Shown here piece after piece: positions 23,576 to 33,379 of a stretch of 64,000 bases of DNA (positions are counted from its first letter, which is position 1; each line of letters starts with the position of its first letter). This DNA comes from Cenarchaeum sp. (lineage in GTDB: Archaea > Thermoproteota > Nitrososphaeria > Nitrososphaerales > Nitrosopumilaceae). A program made the translations under genes and the position numbers. The DNA lies in contig CBDESU010000001.1 in the NCBI GenBank assembly GCA_965242695.1, positions 384,001 to 448,000 of the forward strand, written 5' to 3'. Below the pieces are notes generated by a model. That model was not told where the DNA came from. It searched no databases and saw nothing but the letters and a program-made list of their open reading frames with translations.

Positions 23576-23589
23576 TTAATATACCTTTT
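23576..23589 (-). promoter_or_regulatory. BRE/TATA promoter of the tRNA-like pair
   Basis: Minus-strand AAAAGG-TATATTAA ending 21 nt before G1 (23554). Confidence 0.7.
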
Positions 23590-24090
23590 ACCATAGCACT
23601 ATACGGTATAACTAGCATGCACGCTTTCCTGCGGGTGGCAGGCCGTCCCGCTCCATGCGCGTAGGACGCCGCGCGCGGACCGAACCTGCATAAGACGGGA
23701 GGCGACAGGGGGCGTTTTGCAGAACAGGACCTGGGCCGGCCCCTCCGGCGGCCGGGTCGCACCGGGCGCGTCGGCTTTTGGACGAAAAGCGTGCCTGCGG
23801 GCACTGCCCGGCGCGGCCGGGGGCCGCAGGGCGCCCGCCGCCTGGCGCATTTTCAGCCGCGGGGGCGCATTGGGCACCGCCGCGGCGCAACTGCCCCGGC
23901 CGCGTGGCGCGCCAGGCGCATTGTGCGCTGGCATGCCCGTCCCCGCTTCGGCGCGGCCGAGACGTGGCCGGCCGGCGCCGATGCCGCCCGAGCGTACCGG
24001 GTATCGTACCTGCGACTACGGGCGGCCGGCATGCCGCCGCCTTGGCGCCGCATGCCCTACGATTTTAAGGGCCGCCGGCGGGGGCCGCGC

Positions 24091-26100
24091 GTGCGGATAC
24101 TGCTGCTCCACTGCGACCATGCCGAGTACAGGCCGGTCAAGAAGGAGATCAACCTCGCCGAGGATGTAGAGCCGAAGGCTGACTCGATCGACGACGGGGC
24201 AGTCGCATTCGTGACCGTAGAGGCCGGCGACGACGGCGGAACGGCCGCGGCCGAGGCCGCCGCAGAGGTTGAAAAGTCGCTCGGCCGCATAGGCTGCCGC
24301 CGGCTGCTCCTGTACCCCTACGCCCACCTCGGCACGAACCTTGCGGCCCCTGCCGCCGCCCTTGCCGTCCTGCGGGACCTGGAGGAGCGCGTGCGCGCGG
24401 CCCTGTCGGCGCCGGAGAAAGGGGCCGCCGGCGGCCCGCCGGACGTGCGCCGCGCGCCGTTCGGGTGGACAAAGTCGTACAGCCTCAGCGTAAAGGCGCA
24501 CCCGCTCGCCGAGCACTCGATCTCGGTCGGAGGCGGCGGCGGGGACGGCGGCAGGGGCGCGGACGGACGATCTTCAGCCGCCGCCGGCGGCCGCCCGGGC
24601 GGGGATGCGGGGGAAAAGGCCGCCTCCGTTGCAGATGCCGCCGACAGCGTAGCGCTCCGCTCCGAGGCGCGCCTCGAGTCCGCCTGGCGCATAATGACGC
24701 CCGACGGGAGGATGCACGACGCCGAAACGTTCGACTTTTCGGGCCACGCAAACCTAGAGGTGCTCGCCAAGTACGAGGCGGCCAAGAGGCGCGCGTCCGA
24801 CGAGCCGCCGCCCCACGTGGGGCTCATGAAGCGCCTGGCAATTGCCGACTACGAGCCGGCGTCGGACCCGGGCAACATGCGCTTCTACCCGAACGGCCGC
24901 CTGATAAAGTCGCTCATCGAGCGGTACGTGACGAAGAGCGTGCGCCAGTACGGGGGCTACGAGGTCGAGACGCCCGTAATGTACGACGCGCGGCACCCGG
25001 GCATGGCTAGCTACTTTGACCGGTTCCCTGCGCGGCAGTACAACATCGGCTCGGACGACGAAGACGGCGGAGGCGGCGGCCGGCGCCTGTTCCTGAGGTT
25101 TGCCGCCTGCTTTGGGCAGTTTATGATGGCCCACGACTTTCAGATGTCGTACCGCAACCTGCCCTACCGCCTGTACGAACTGACGCGGTACAGCTTTAGG
25201 CGCGAGCAGTCGGGCGAGCTCGTCGGCCTGCGCCGCCTGCGGGCGTTCACCATGCCCGACTGCCACGCGTTCTGCCGCGACATGCCGCAGGCCATACGCG
25301 AGATGTCCAAGCGCTTCGACCTCTCGCGCGAGGTCGTGTCAGGCCTGGGCATACCCGGCGGGGCTTACGAGATGGCCGTGCGCATGACCGAGGAGTTCTA
25401 CGCCGAGCACGGCGAGGCGGTGCGCGCAATGGTCGCCAGGCACGGCCGGCCCGTCCTCGTCGAGATGTGGCGCGAGAGGTTCTTTTACTTTGTGCTAAAG
25501 TGGGAGTTCAACTACATCGACGCGGCCGGCAAGGCGTCGGCCCTGTCGACCGACCAGATCGATGTCGAGAACGGCGAGCGGTACGGCATCGAGTTCGTCG
25601 ACGAGGGCAACGAGCGCCTGCACCCGATCATCCTGCACAACTCGCCGAGCGGCGCCGTCGAGCGCGTCATGTACGCGCTGCTAGAGGAGGCAGCGGCCGC
25701 GGCCCGGCGCGGGTCAAAGCCCGAGCTGCCGCTCTGGCTCTCGCCGACGCAGGTGCGCGTCATACCCGTAAGCTCCGAGTTCGAGCAGAACGCGGTGGCG
25801 CTTGCCGGGCGCATCGGCCACCGGAAGGTGCGAGTCGACGTCGACGACCGGACCGAGACGCTCGGCAAGCGCATACGCGACGCCGAGCGCGAGTGGATAC
25901 GGTTCATACTAGTCGTCGGCAAGCGCGAGGCCGCCATGGACGGCGGCATGGTCAGCGTCAGGGACAGGCGGACGGGGCGCACGGAGGACATGCAGCTAGA
26001 CGACCTGATCGGCGCGATCGAGGGCGAGGCCGACGGCAAGCCGTTCGCCGGCCTCAACGTGCCGTTCTACCTGTCGAGGCGCCCGCAGATAATGGTGTAG
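24091..26100 (+). CDS. thrS: Threonine--tRNA ligase, archaeal type with N-terminal editing domain
   Basis: MRILLLHCD, YPYAHL, RAPFGWTK, LRFAACFG, FTMPDCH, HNSPSGAVER, LPLWLSPTQVR; TATA box at 24063. Confidence 0.96.
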   Translation: MRILLLHCDHAEYRPVKKEINLAEDVEPKADSIDDGAVAFVTVEAGDDGGTAAAEAAAEVEKSLGRIGCRRLLLYPYAHLGTNLAAPAAALAVLRDLEERVRAALSAPEKGAAGGPPDVRRAPFGWTKSYSLSVKAHPLAEHSISVGGGGGDGGRGADGRSSAAAGGRPGGDAGEKAASVADAADSVALRSEARLESAWRIMTPDGRMHDAETFDFSGHANLEVLAKYEAAKRRASDEPPPHVGLMKRLAIADYEPASDPGNMRFYPNGRLIKSLIERYVTKSVRQYGGYEVETPVMYDARHPGMASYFDRFPARQYNIGSDDEDGGGGGRRLFLRFAACFGQFMMAHDFQMSYRNLPYRLYELTRYSFRREQSGELVGLRRLRAFTMPDCHAFCRDMPQAIREMSKRFDLSREVVSGLGIPGGAYEMAVRMTEEFYAEHGEAVRAMVARHGRPVLVEMWRERFFYFVLKWEFNYIDAAGKASALSTDQIDVENGERYGIEFVDEGNERLHPIILHNSPSGAVERVMYALLEEAAAAARRGSKPELPLWLSPTQVRVIPVSSEFEQNAVALAGRIGHRKVRVDVDDRTETLGKRIRDAEREWIRFILVVGKREAAMDGGMVSVRDRRTGRTEDMQLDDLIGAIEGEADGKPFAGLNVPFYLSRRPQIMV

Positions 26101-26920
26101 GACTTGGGAACCGCGCCGCGGGAACGGCTCCGAATGCGGCGCTGAGCGCCGGGGCATCCATAACGGCCGGCGCGATTGGACCGGCGCCCTGGCTGTGCCT
26201 GCAGGGCGGCCGCTGCGGCAGCGCCCGCCATGCCGGTTCCGCTTCATGCTTGGCTTGGCGAGCTGGACAACTACCGACGCGGGAGACGGCGCAGAGATGG
26301 CGACATGCAGGACAGGATGTCGACGTCAGTGGGGCGCGGGCGCGTCCAACTTTTCCTTGGACAGGGTGGCTGTGGCTGTGGCCTCATACGGCGCAAGCGC
26401 CCTGTGGGACTGGGTGCCGCCTGTCCGGTACTCGCAGTACCTGCGCAATCTGATACCATGTGCGAGCATCTTGGTCACGAAAAGGACGGATACCATGCAG
26501 GCAAAGGCGAGGCTCACATCTGTGCCAGCTGTGTGATTCCTCCAAGGGGATGTGCTATAATATACGTCCCGCCCCGTCGCAGGCACGGGAGGCAAGATGT
26601 CGTTGAGCGGTATGGGGTCACTGCGGCAGCCGAATGGCGATCGCCGGCGTAGCATACGCACCGATCCGCCTCTGTCAACCCCGTCATCCCAGCCGCCATG
26701 GGATCGTCAACGGTGATCGACGACGCGGTCGAATACTTGGCGCGGCTGGTCGGCTATGACGCCGAAGAGTGCATACAAAAGGCGATAGAAGACGGCTTGA
26801 TCGAGGTGGACAGCGAGGGCGGATGGGAGCGGGGCGACGGCGTCTTGATGTGGCCCCCCCAGATTGAGAACGATTTTGAGGTCATTTTTGGGGGGGTCTG
26901 GCGCCCGATCGCTGCCATCG

Positions 26921-27805
26921 TCATGCCGGCCCCTCCCCCTCCTTATTGTCTCTTTCCCAGAGCCTGAAGAACTCGTCGGGCGGCAGCCACCCGATCGACG
27001 AGTGGACCCTGTTGGCGTTGTAGTCCTTGAAGGCGTAGGCCAGGTACTTCTCGGCCTCCTGGAAGCTCTCAAAGTCGTGCGGGCGGACGTAGTCGCGCTT
27101 GAGCGTGTTGTGGAACGACTCGATGTGGCCGTTCTGCTGGGGGGTGCTGACCCAGATGTACTCGACGACGAGGCCGAGGACCTTCATCGCCGCCCTGAAC
27201 TCGCCGCTCCTGTACTGCGAGCCGTTGTCGCAGCGCACGCGGATCCCCTTGACCCGCTCGGGCCGCAGCTCCGCCACGACCTCGGTCACCGACTGGACGG
27301 CCGACGACGCCTGGGCAGACGTCGAGAACACGTATCCAAGCCAGCGGCGCGTGAACACGTCGAACACGTTGAAGCAGTAGCACCACCCGTCGACGCCGCA
27401 GTCTATATACGTAATGTCCGTCTCGAGCAGCTGGTACGGCGCCGTGGGGAAGAACTGCGGTTTCCGCGCCTTTGCAGCCCGAATCGCCTGTTTTTTCGTC
27501 ATTTTTGGCCCTTTTATCTCCAAGATGTCGCATATTCGCACCACCTTCTTGCGGTTGACCCGGCGCCGCATCTCGTACGATGCGGTGTGCGCGATCATCC
27601 TCGTCCCGTAGGTGGGCCTCTCCGAGGATATGCGGGTCACGGCCTTTGCGACGGCCATGTCGATGTCCCTCTTGACGGGCCTCTTCTTGTAGTAGTACGC
27701 CTGGCGCGAGACGCCGCAGTACTTTAGCGCCCGGGTCAGGCTCACCTTGCCCTCCGCTATCCTCTTGACCGCGCTCACCCTCTCCTCAACTCCCAGCTTT
27801 TTTTT
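26921..27805 (-). CDS. IS3 transposase OrfB (integrase core), reached by -1 frameshift
   Basis: YGTRMI, TDITYI, DVFTR, DNGSQY, PQQNGHIESF, YNANRVHSSIG; slippery A8G at 27797-27805. Confidence 0.9.
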   Translation of the reverse strand, partial: KKKLGVEERVSAVKRIAEGKVSLTRALKYCGVSRQAYYYKKRPVKRDIDMAVAKAVTRISSERPTYGTRMIAHTASYEMRRRVNRKKVVRICDILEIKGPKMTKKQAIRAAKARKPQFFPTAPYQLLETDITYIDCGVDGWCYCFNVFDVFTRRWLGYVFSTSAQASSAVQSVTEVVAELRPERVKGIRVRCDNGSQYRSGEFRAAMKVLGLVVEYIWVSTPQQNGHIESFHNTLKRDYVRPHDFESFQEAEKYLAYAFKDYNANRVHSSIGWLPPDEFFRLWERDNKEGEGPA

Positions 27806-28074
27806 AACTCGGCATTGACCAAGGTCAGCTCGCCGACGACGATCTTGAGCGACTCGTTCTCCTTGGCCAGCGCCTTTGCAGGATCGCTCCTGCCGTTGCC
27901 TCCTATGCCGGCGAGCTCCCTCTTGCCCGCGTCCATGAACCTCTTGCGCCAGTTGTCGAACGTGGTTGGCGAGAGGCCGTACTTGCGGCATATCCCGGCC
28001 ACGCCGATGTTCGTCGAGAGGTACTCGACCACTATGTCCACCCGCTCCTTGGCGGTCCACCGCTTGTGCGTCAT
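27775..28074 (-). CDS. IS3 transposase OrfA (HTH plus coiled coil)
   Basis: WTAKERVDIV..ICRKYGLSPTTFDNWRKRF..LAKENESLK. Confidence 0.9.
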   Translation of the reverse strand: MTHKRWTAKERVDIVVEYLSTNIGVAGICRKYGLSPTTFDNWRKRFMDAGKRELAGIGGNGRSDPAKALAKENESLKIVVGELTLVNAELKKSWELRRG

Positions 28075-28560
28075 TTTTTCGCCTCCCCGGCGCCCCCGGG
28101 GCTCTTAACCCCTCCCATTCCGATCGTTCTCACTCTACGGGGGCCCTCGCCAGTCTACCGCTTTACCGCCAAGGGGCGCAAGGCGTCGGACGAGTACGCA
28201 AGGGGTGTGTTCGAGAGGTCGGCAGAGCGGGCAAGAAAGGAGCGCGAGGAAGATCTCGGGGAGGCTCGGATCCCGACCACTACTGGCGCCGCTGTGGGGG
28301 GAAGGCCGCCGCCGACGCACACGGATGAATTGGCTTCAGATGTGCCTGCAATTTGAGGGCTACGGAGACGGCAGACCCTGCCCCAACCATGCGCTCGCAC
28401 GCCACGGCATGCCGCTCTGACCTGCCGGCGCGCACCGGGTGGGGGGGGGGGGGACGCGCCTACGCCCGTGCGCATTGGGACCGCCGCCGCGGGGCAAAAA
28501 CGGCCGCGCCGCGCCGCAGCCCATCATGAATTAATAAAGCCCTTGGCGGCGCCGCCTCTG

Positions 28561-28959
28561 ATGGGTGAGAGCGGCAACGCGCCTACAGATGCGCGCATTG
28601 CAAGCCTAGAGACAGAGCTGGGGGCGGTAAAGGATCAGGTCCGGTCTCTTGCGGAACAAGTGCCGGGCATCATTGCGGCTCTCTGCCTGCCCCTCCCGCG
28701 TGCCAGTCGCCTTGAAATGACGTTCCGGTATATGGAAAAATTGCCAAATGACGCCTTGGGTGCAATCGTCCGGCGCTACATCTCTGAAAGCCGGATGGCC
28801 GGCCTGAGCTTTGACGACATGCTGATCCCCGTGGTCAACGTCCTTGGCTTCGAGAGGGCATGGGAGATCATAGAGGCAAACCACTTGAGGGAGACGTACG
28901 GAGGCCATGCCGCATTGCGTTGGGAAGGGATGGGCGGGAGCCATTTGCGTAAGGGATAG
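28561..28959 (+). CDS. Hypothetical protein with an N-terminal coiled coil
   Basis: AT-rich box at about 28530 before ATG 28561; protein-like composition (RIASLETELGAVKDQV). Confidence 0.55.
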   Translation: MGESGNAPTDARIASLETELGAVKDQVRSLAEQVPGIIAALCLPLPRASRLEMTFRYMEKLPNDALGAIVRRYISESRMAGLSFDDMLIPVVNVLGFERAWEIIEANHLRETYGGHAALRWEGMGGSHLRKG

Positions 28960-29330
28960 ATGCAGACACTGACAGATGTGCTCGCGGCCATTTCCACCTG
29001 TCAAGTGCGGGCGCACCATGCGGGCGCCAAGATGTGGCCAGATGGCGGCACTTCTGCGCAGGGGTCAGGGTCATTGCCCTGAACGCTTCAGATCGAGTTT
29101 CTTGGGGGGCATTTCGAATTTAAAATGAACTGCGATCCGGGCACCGGCGCTGCTAGAAGGCCCGATGTCACGGGGGATCCGCCCTGCATCGGCCCGGCTT
29201 GAGCGCCGCCGCTCCTGTCCGGCCGTGTCGCGGCAGCCTCCCGGCAACGCTGCGCTCGATGCCGTGCGCCTCAGCGGCGCGGCGACGCGCAGGCGGCGGA
29301 GTTTAATACACCCGCGCTCTCGGCCGCGCC

Positions 29331-30212
29331 GTGAGCTACGCCGACCTGTACATGAGCGGCAGCCCGATGATCGTCGGGTCGCCCCCTAGCGGCGAAGGAG
29401 GAGACATAGCGGCGACCGTGTTCGGCGTCCCATTCGACTCTACGCACTCGTACAAGCCGGGCACGCGCTTCGGGCCCGACGCCATCCGCGATGCGTTCAA
29501 CAACATAGAGGTGTTCCACCCAGACCTCGGCGTCGACCTCGAGTCGGCCGCCATACGCGACCTGGGAAACACAAAGCACACCGTCTCGACCGGCGAGATG
29601 ATCCGCATGGTCCGCGCCGTCTCTGGCGAGCTGGCCGGCGCCGGCGGCCGCCTGGCCGTCATGCTCGGCGGCGAACACCTCGTGACGTACGCCGCGTACA
29701 CGGCGATGCCGGCCGGAGTCGGACATGTAGTATTCGACGCCCACTACGACCTGCGCGACGGGTTCGCCGATGCGCCGATGAGCCACGCGTCGTACCTGCG
29801 GCGCGTCGTAGAGGAGCGCGGAACCGGCGACGGCATAGTGCACGTCGGCGCGCGCGCATACGCGGCCGAAGAGCTCGCATTCCTGCGCGAGCACGACATT
29901 GCGACCGTCTCGGACCGGGCCGTACGCGAGGGCAGGGGGCCGGCGCTGCTGCGCGACGCCGTCTCGACCATGGATGCGGCGTACGTAAGCTACGACCTCG
30001 ACGTGGTCGACCCGGGGTTCGCCCCGGGCGTCGGAAACCCAGAGGCCGCAGGGATAACGCCGCGCGAGCTGCTCGACATGATCGACTCGCTGCGCGAGCT
30101 GCGGGTGCCGGCCACCGACATAGTCGAGCTCTGCCCGCCGTACGACACCGGGGCGACAGCGGCCCTGGCGGCCCGGATAATGTCGACGATGATCGCGGCC
30201 GGGCTGGCCTGA
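29331..30212 (+). CDS. speB: Agmatinase (ureohydrolase family)
   Basis: GVPFD, PGTRFGP, GGEH, DAHYD, SYDLDVVDPGFAPGVGNPE. Confidence 0.93.
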   Translation: MSYADLYMSGSPMIVGSPPSGEGGDIAATVFGVPFDSTHSYKPGTRFGPDAIRDAFNNIEVFHPDLGVDLESAAIRDLGNTKHTVSTGEMIRMVRAVSGELAGAGGRLAVMLGGEHLVTYAAYTAMPAGVGHVVFDAHYDLRDGFADAPMSHASYLRRVVEERGTGDGIVHVGARAYAAEELAFLREHDIATVSDRAVREGRGPALLRDAVSTMDAAYVSYDLDVVDPGFAPGVGNPEAAGITPRELLDMIDSLRELRVPATDIVELCPPYDTGATAALAARIMSTMIAAGLA

Positions 30213-30255
30213 CCCGTTCGGGCCCGCCGCCTGCGCGTGCGGGGACCTGCGCGCG

Positions 30256-30948
30256 TCATCTGCGCCCCTCTGTACGCTCGAACCCCCACACGGGGCATGC
30301 CGCATCGCACGCGCCCCCGCCGCCGCATGTAGCGACGGCGGCCAGCTCGCCTCCCAGCGCCCCGGCTTCCCTGCCGCCGGCGACGCACCGCGCCAGCCGC
30401 GCCTTGTCAAGCCTGCCGGCGCCCTGCGCGCCCCTTGCCTCGGCCATGCGGAGCAGGCACTTTTTCGGCAGGGCCGCCGCAGCGGCCGCCGCCCCGGCGC
30501 CCCCTTCGCGGCCCCTCCATCCTGCAGATCGCGGGGCGGCCCTTACCACGTCGACCCTGCCGCCGCGCCCGACGACGATCAGGCCGGCGCTGCGCACGGC
30601 GAACCTCCTCGGGGTATAGTCGGTCGCCACGTAGGCGCGGTCGGCGTAGTCGAGCAGGCGCCCGACCTGGGCGGCGGCCCTGCGCAGGTCGTCGCGCGAG
30701 GACTTTACCTCGACGGCGAGTATCTCCTGCCGCCCGCCACAACTCGGCGCCCCGGCCGCCGCGCCGGGCCGCCCGATCAGCAAAAGGTCGATGTCGGACA
30801 GTATGCTTCCCCACGCAATGTTGAACCTGGCGTGCGGGACGGCGTCGTATCCGGCCGCCTCGAAGAACGGGACGAGGCGCCGGATTATGCGCGCCTCGTG
30901 CACGCCCTCGCGCTTTGCCGACCTGGGGACTGCAGAGGCCCTGATCAT
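30256..30948 (-). CDS. Putative PD-(D/E)xK nuclease-fold protein with a Cys-rich tail
   Basis: SDIDLL..AVEVKS..AAQV..YADRAYV; tail TC....CDAACP. The start may be GTG 30903. Confidence 0.6.
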   Translation of the reverse strand: MIRASAVPRSAKREGVHEARIIRRLVPFFEAAGYDAVPHARFNIAWGSILSDIDLLLIGRPGAAAGAPSCGGRQEILAVEVKSSRDDLRRAAAQVGRLLDYADRAYVATDYTPRRFAVRSAGLIVVGRGGRVDVVRAAPRSAGWRGREGGAGAAAAAAALPKKCLLRMAEARGAQGAGRLDKARLARCVAGGREAGALGGELAAVATCGGGGACDAACPVWGFERTEGRR

Positions 30949-31067
30949 GCATATGCCGCGCGGCGCGGCGCAAAGGCCTGCCCGGGCAGTATATTTTGAC
31001 CCGCGGGTCAGCTGCCGCGCCCCCCGCCGCGCGCGCCTTTATAACGGCCGCCGCGCCCGCATGCGCG

Positions 31068-31646
31068 TTGCTAAACCGACTGCGCGGCGCGCTCGCGCCC
31101 GGCCTGCGGGCGCTCGGAGCCGCGTTCGCATCGACCGGCCTGCCGCCGACGTTCTGGACGTGCGTCGGCCTGGCGCTTGCACTGGCCGCCGCCGTATCGT
31201 ACGGGCTCGGCGGGGCCTGGCAGTACGCGGCCGTTGCCGGCGGCGCGCTCATACTGACGTCGGGCTTTTTCGACATGGTCGACGGCCAGGTCGCCCGCGC
31301 GACAGGGAAGACCTCGAGGCGCGGGGCGTTCCTCGACTCCGTATTCGACAAGATCGCCGAGGTGGCCATATTCGGCGGCATACTCGCCGGCGGCCTGGCC
31401 GACGCCCGGCTGGTGTTCCTGGCCGCCGCCCTGTCGCTGCTGGTGAGCTACTCGCGATCGAGGGCCGACTCGCTCGGCGTCGACCTGGGTGGGACGGGGA
31501 TCGGCGAGCGCGCCGAGCGGCTGCTCGTCCTGGCCGTCGTCGGCATGGCGGGGCTCGTAGAGGTGGCCGTCGCCGCCGTCGCGGCCCTCGCCGCCGTCAC
31601 GCTGGTCCACCGCATTGCGGCCACGTACAGGCGTATCGGGGCGTGA
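31068..31646 (+). CDS. pgsA: CDP-alcohol phosphatidyltransferase
   Basis: DMVDGQVAR...GAFLDSVFD signature, SYSRSRA, GERAER; TATA box at 31038. Confidence 0.9.
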   Translation: MLNRLRGALAPGLRALGAAFASTGLPPTFWTCVGLALALAAAVSYGLGGAWQYAAVAGGALILTSGFFDMVDGQVARATGKTSRRGAFLDSVFDKIAEVAIFGGILAGGLADARLVFLAAALSLLVSYSRSRADSLGVDLGGTGIGERAERLLVLAVVGMAGLVEVAVAAVAALAAVTLVHRIAATYRRIGA

Positions 31647-31744
31647 GCCGCATCCGCTCTGCCGCCTGTGATGCCCCGCGCCCCCGCGGGCGAGTTCGTA
31701 AGGCGCATCGGGGCGTGAGCCGCGGCCGCGGGGGGCCGCCCTGC

Positions 31745-32032
31745 CTACCTGAGCCGGCCGCGCTGCCTGCGCGACGACTCTGACCTGATCTTTAGTATGC
31801 CAAAGTGTATCGCGCACGATATGCAGTACCACTTTAGGACCTTTGGGGACGCGATGTAGGCGCCCTGCGCGCGCAGCTCCTTGGCGAGGGTGCGCTCGAC
31901 GAGGCTCAGGCGTGACGTGACCTTCTTGGCCTTGTCGCGCGGGACGGTCTGCCCGCAGTTGGTGCACTGGACGACGCCCGACGACCCCTTGCCCCCCTTC
32001 TTGCGGCCCCTGCTGGCCCTCTTCAGCGGCAT
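31745..32032 (-). CDS. rps26e: 30S ribosomal protein S26e
   Basis: VQCTNCGQTVPRDKAKK...YCISCAIH. Confidence 0.95.
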   Translation of the reverse strand: MPLKRASRGRKKGGKGSSGVVQCTNCGQTVPRDKAKKVTSRLSLVERTLAKELRAQGAYIASPKVLKWYCISCAIHFGILKIRSESSRRQRGRLR

Positions 32033-32367
32033 TACGCGACGGCGCCCCGCCCGCGCGCCCTCTTATAATGTGTGGGCCCCGCCCGCCCGCCTGCATCATG
32101 CCGGGTCGGACTGGGCGCGGGCCTGCGCCGGCCCGGCCGCCGCGCAGGGCCCCTCCCTGCGCCCCTGCACGCCCCTGTGCAAAGACTTAACCGCATGCGG
32201 CGCGCACCGTGGGCGGCTTGAGGGGACTGTGCCACAGGTGCCTCGCCTCGAACGTAGAGGTGTCCGTGCTGCGCGGCGTTGCCGTGTGCGCCGCATGCGC
32301 GCCGGCCGAGGCCGGGGCCGCGCCGGGCACCAAAAAGCGATAAATCCGCCCCGCCGCGCCGCCGCGC

Positions 32368-33279
32368 GTGGCGGCGATAGCAGTGTACGGCCACTGCACG
32401 ATGGACAGGATTGCGGTCGGCGGGGATGCCGTCGCCGGAGCCGACGCGCCGGGCGGCGCCGCATGCTACTGCGGCATCATGGCGGCCCGCCTCGGGTTTG
32501 ACGCCGAGCTGCACACGCGGTACGGCCCGGACTTTCCTATGGATGCGCTCGAGGCTGCGGGCCGCGGCCGCATCCGCCTCGCCGGCGGCCCGGCCGCATC
32601 CGCCTCGCAGTCGCCGACGACCCGATTCTCGATCGACATAGCGCCGGGCGGGGCCTCGCGCACGATCGTACTCGAGCGCGCATGCGACGAGGTGCGGCGC
32701 GGCCCGTCTGCCGCCGACGGCTCAATCGTCAGCCCGCTGCTCGGCGAGGTCCCAGCCGCGATGCTCGCCGAGGTGCGCGACTCGGGCCGCCCCGTACTGG
32801 TAGACGTGCAGGGGTTTGTGCGCCGAGCCGTGCAGGGGGGGACCGTCCGGCTCGAGCCGACCGAGATCGACCTCTCGGCCGCGGCGGCCGTAAAGGCCGG
32901 CCGCGGCGAGCTAGAGTGCGTGTCGGGCGGCGCCTCGGGGCTAGACGGAATGCTCGCCGTCCAGAGGGCCGGCGCCGAGCGGATAGTCCACACGGACGGC
33001 GCGCATGTAATGATGCTCTCCGGCGACAGGCTGTACGAGCTGGACGTGCCCGTCAGGGGCGCCGCCGACACGACGGGAGCAGGCGACATCCTGTCTGCCG
33101 CGTTCCTGTGCACGCTCGTCCGCGAGGGCGACGACCTGTGGGCGCTGTGCTTTGGCGCCGGCGCGGCGCAGGCCGCGCTCGAGTCGGGGCGCGTCGGCAT
33201 CGACAAGGTCCCTGAAAGGGGCAAGGTCGAGTCGAACGCATCGTACTTTTACAACACGGTAAAGTTTCGCGGGGTGTGA
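32368..33279 (+). CDS. PfkB-family carbohydrate kinase
   Basis: PGGAA, DVQG, DTTGAGD. Confidence 0.88.
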   Translation: MAAIAVYGHCTMDRIAVGGDAVAGADAPGGAACYCGIMAARLGFDAELHTRYGPDFPMDALEAAGRGRIRLAGGPAASASQSPTTRFSIDIAPGGASRTIVLERACDEVRRGPSAADGSIVSPLLGEVPAAMLAEVRDSGRPVLVDVQGFVRRAVQGGTVRLEPTEIDLSAAAAVKAGRGELECVSGGASGLDGMLAVQRAGAERIVHTDGAHVMMLSGDRLYELDVPVRGAADTTGAGDILSAAFLCTLVREGDDLWALCFGAGAAQAALESGRVGIDKVPERGKVESNASYFYNTVKFRGV

Positions 33280-33379
33280 GCGCCCTGCCGCCCTGCCGGC
33301 CGGCCCTGCGCGGCCTTGCGCGCGGCGGCGCCGTACGCCGCCTGCCACCCTTATAATTGGGCGCCGCCGCGGCGGCGCC

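Larger units (their letters stand above)
26846..28152 (-). mobile_element. IS3-family insertion sequence, 1307 bp
   Basis: TG..CA ends; TIRs TGATGTGGCCCCCCCAGATTGAGAACGAT / TGGCGAGGGCCCCCGTAGAGTGAGAACGAT; 4-bp TSD GTCT at 26842-45 and 28153-56. Confidence 0.93.
26698..28356 (+). pseudogene. Small winged-helix protein (115 aa) interrupted by IS3
   Basis: The empty site reads in frame: ..AIEDGLIEV..ERGDGV-YRFTAKGRK.., a wHTH wing motif. Confidence 0.7.

Noticed and set aside
23285-26100. CUN-to-Thr reassignment suggested by adjacency to thrS
   Set aside because: CTG/CTA encode conserved Leu residues here, the ThrRS looks canonical, and the tRNAs lack the C2-G71 pair and U73 seen in tRNA-Thr.
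26100-26690. Short ORFs between thrS and the wHTH pseudogene
   Set aside because: There are no recognisable motifs and no frame is convincingly coding.
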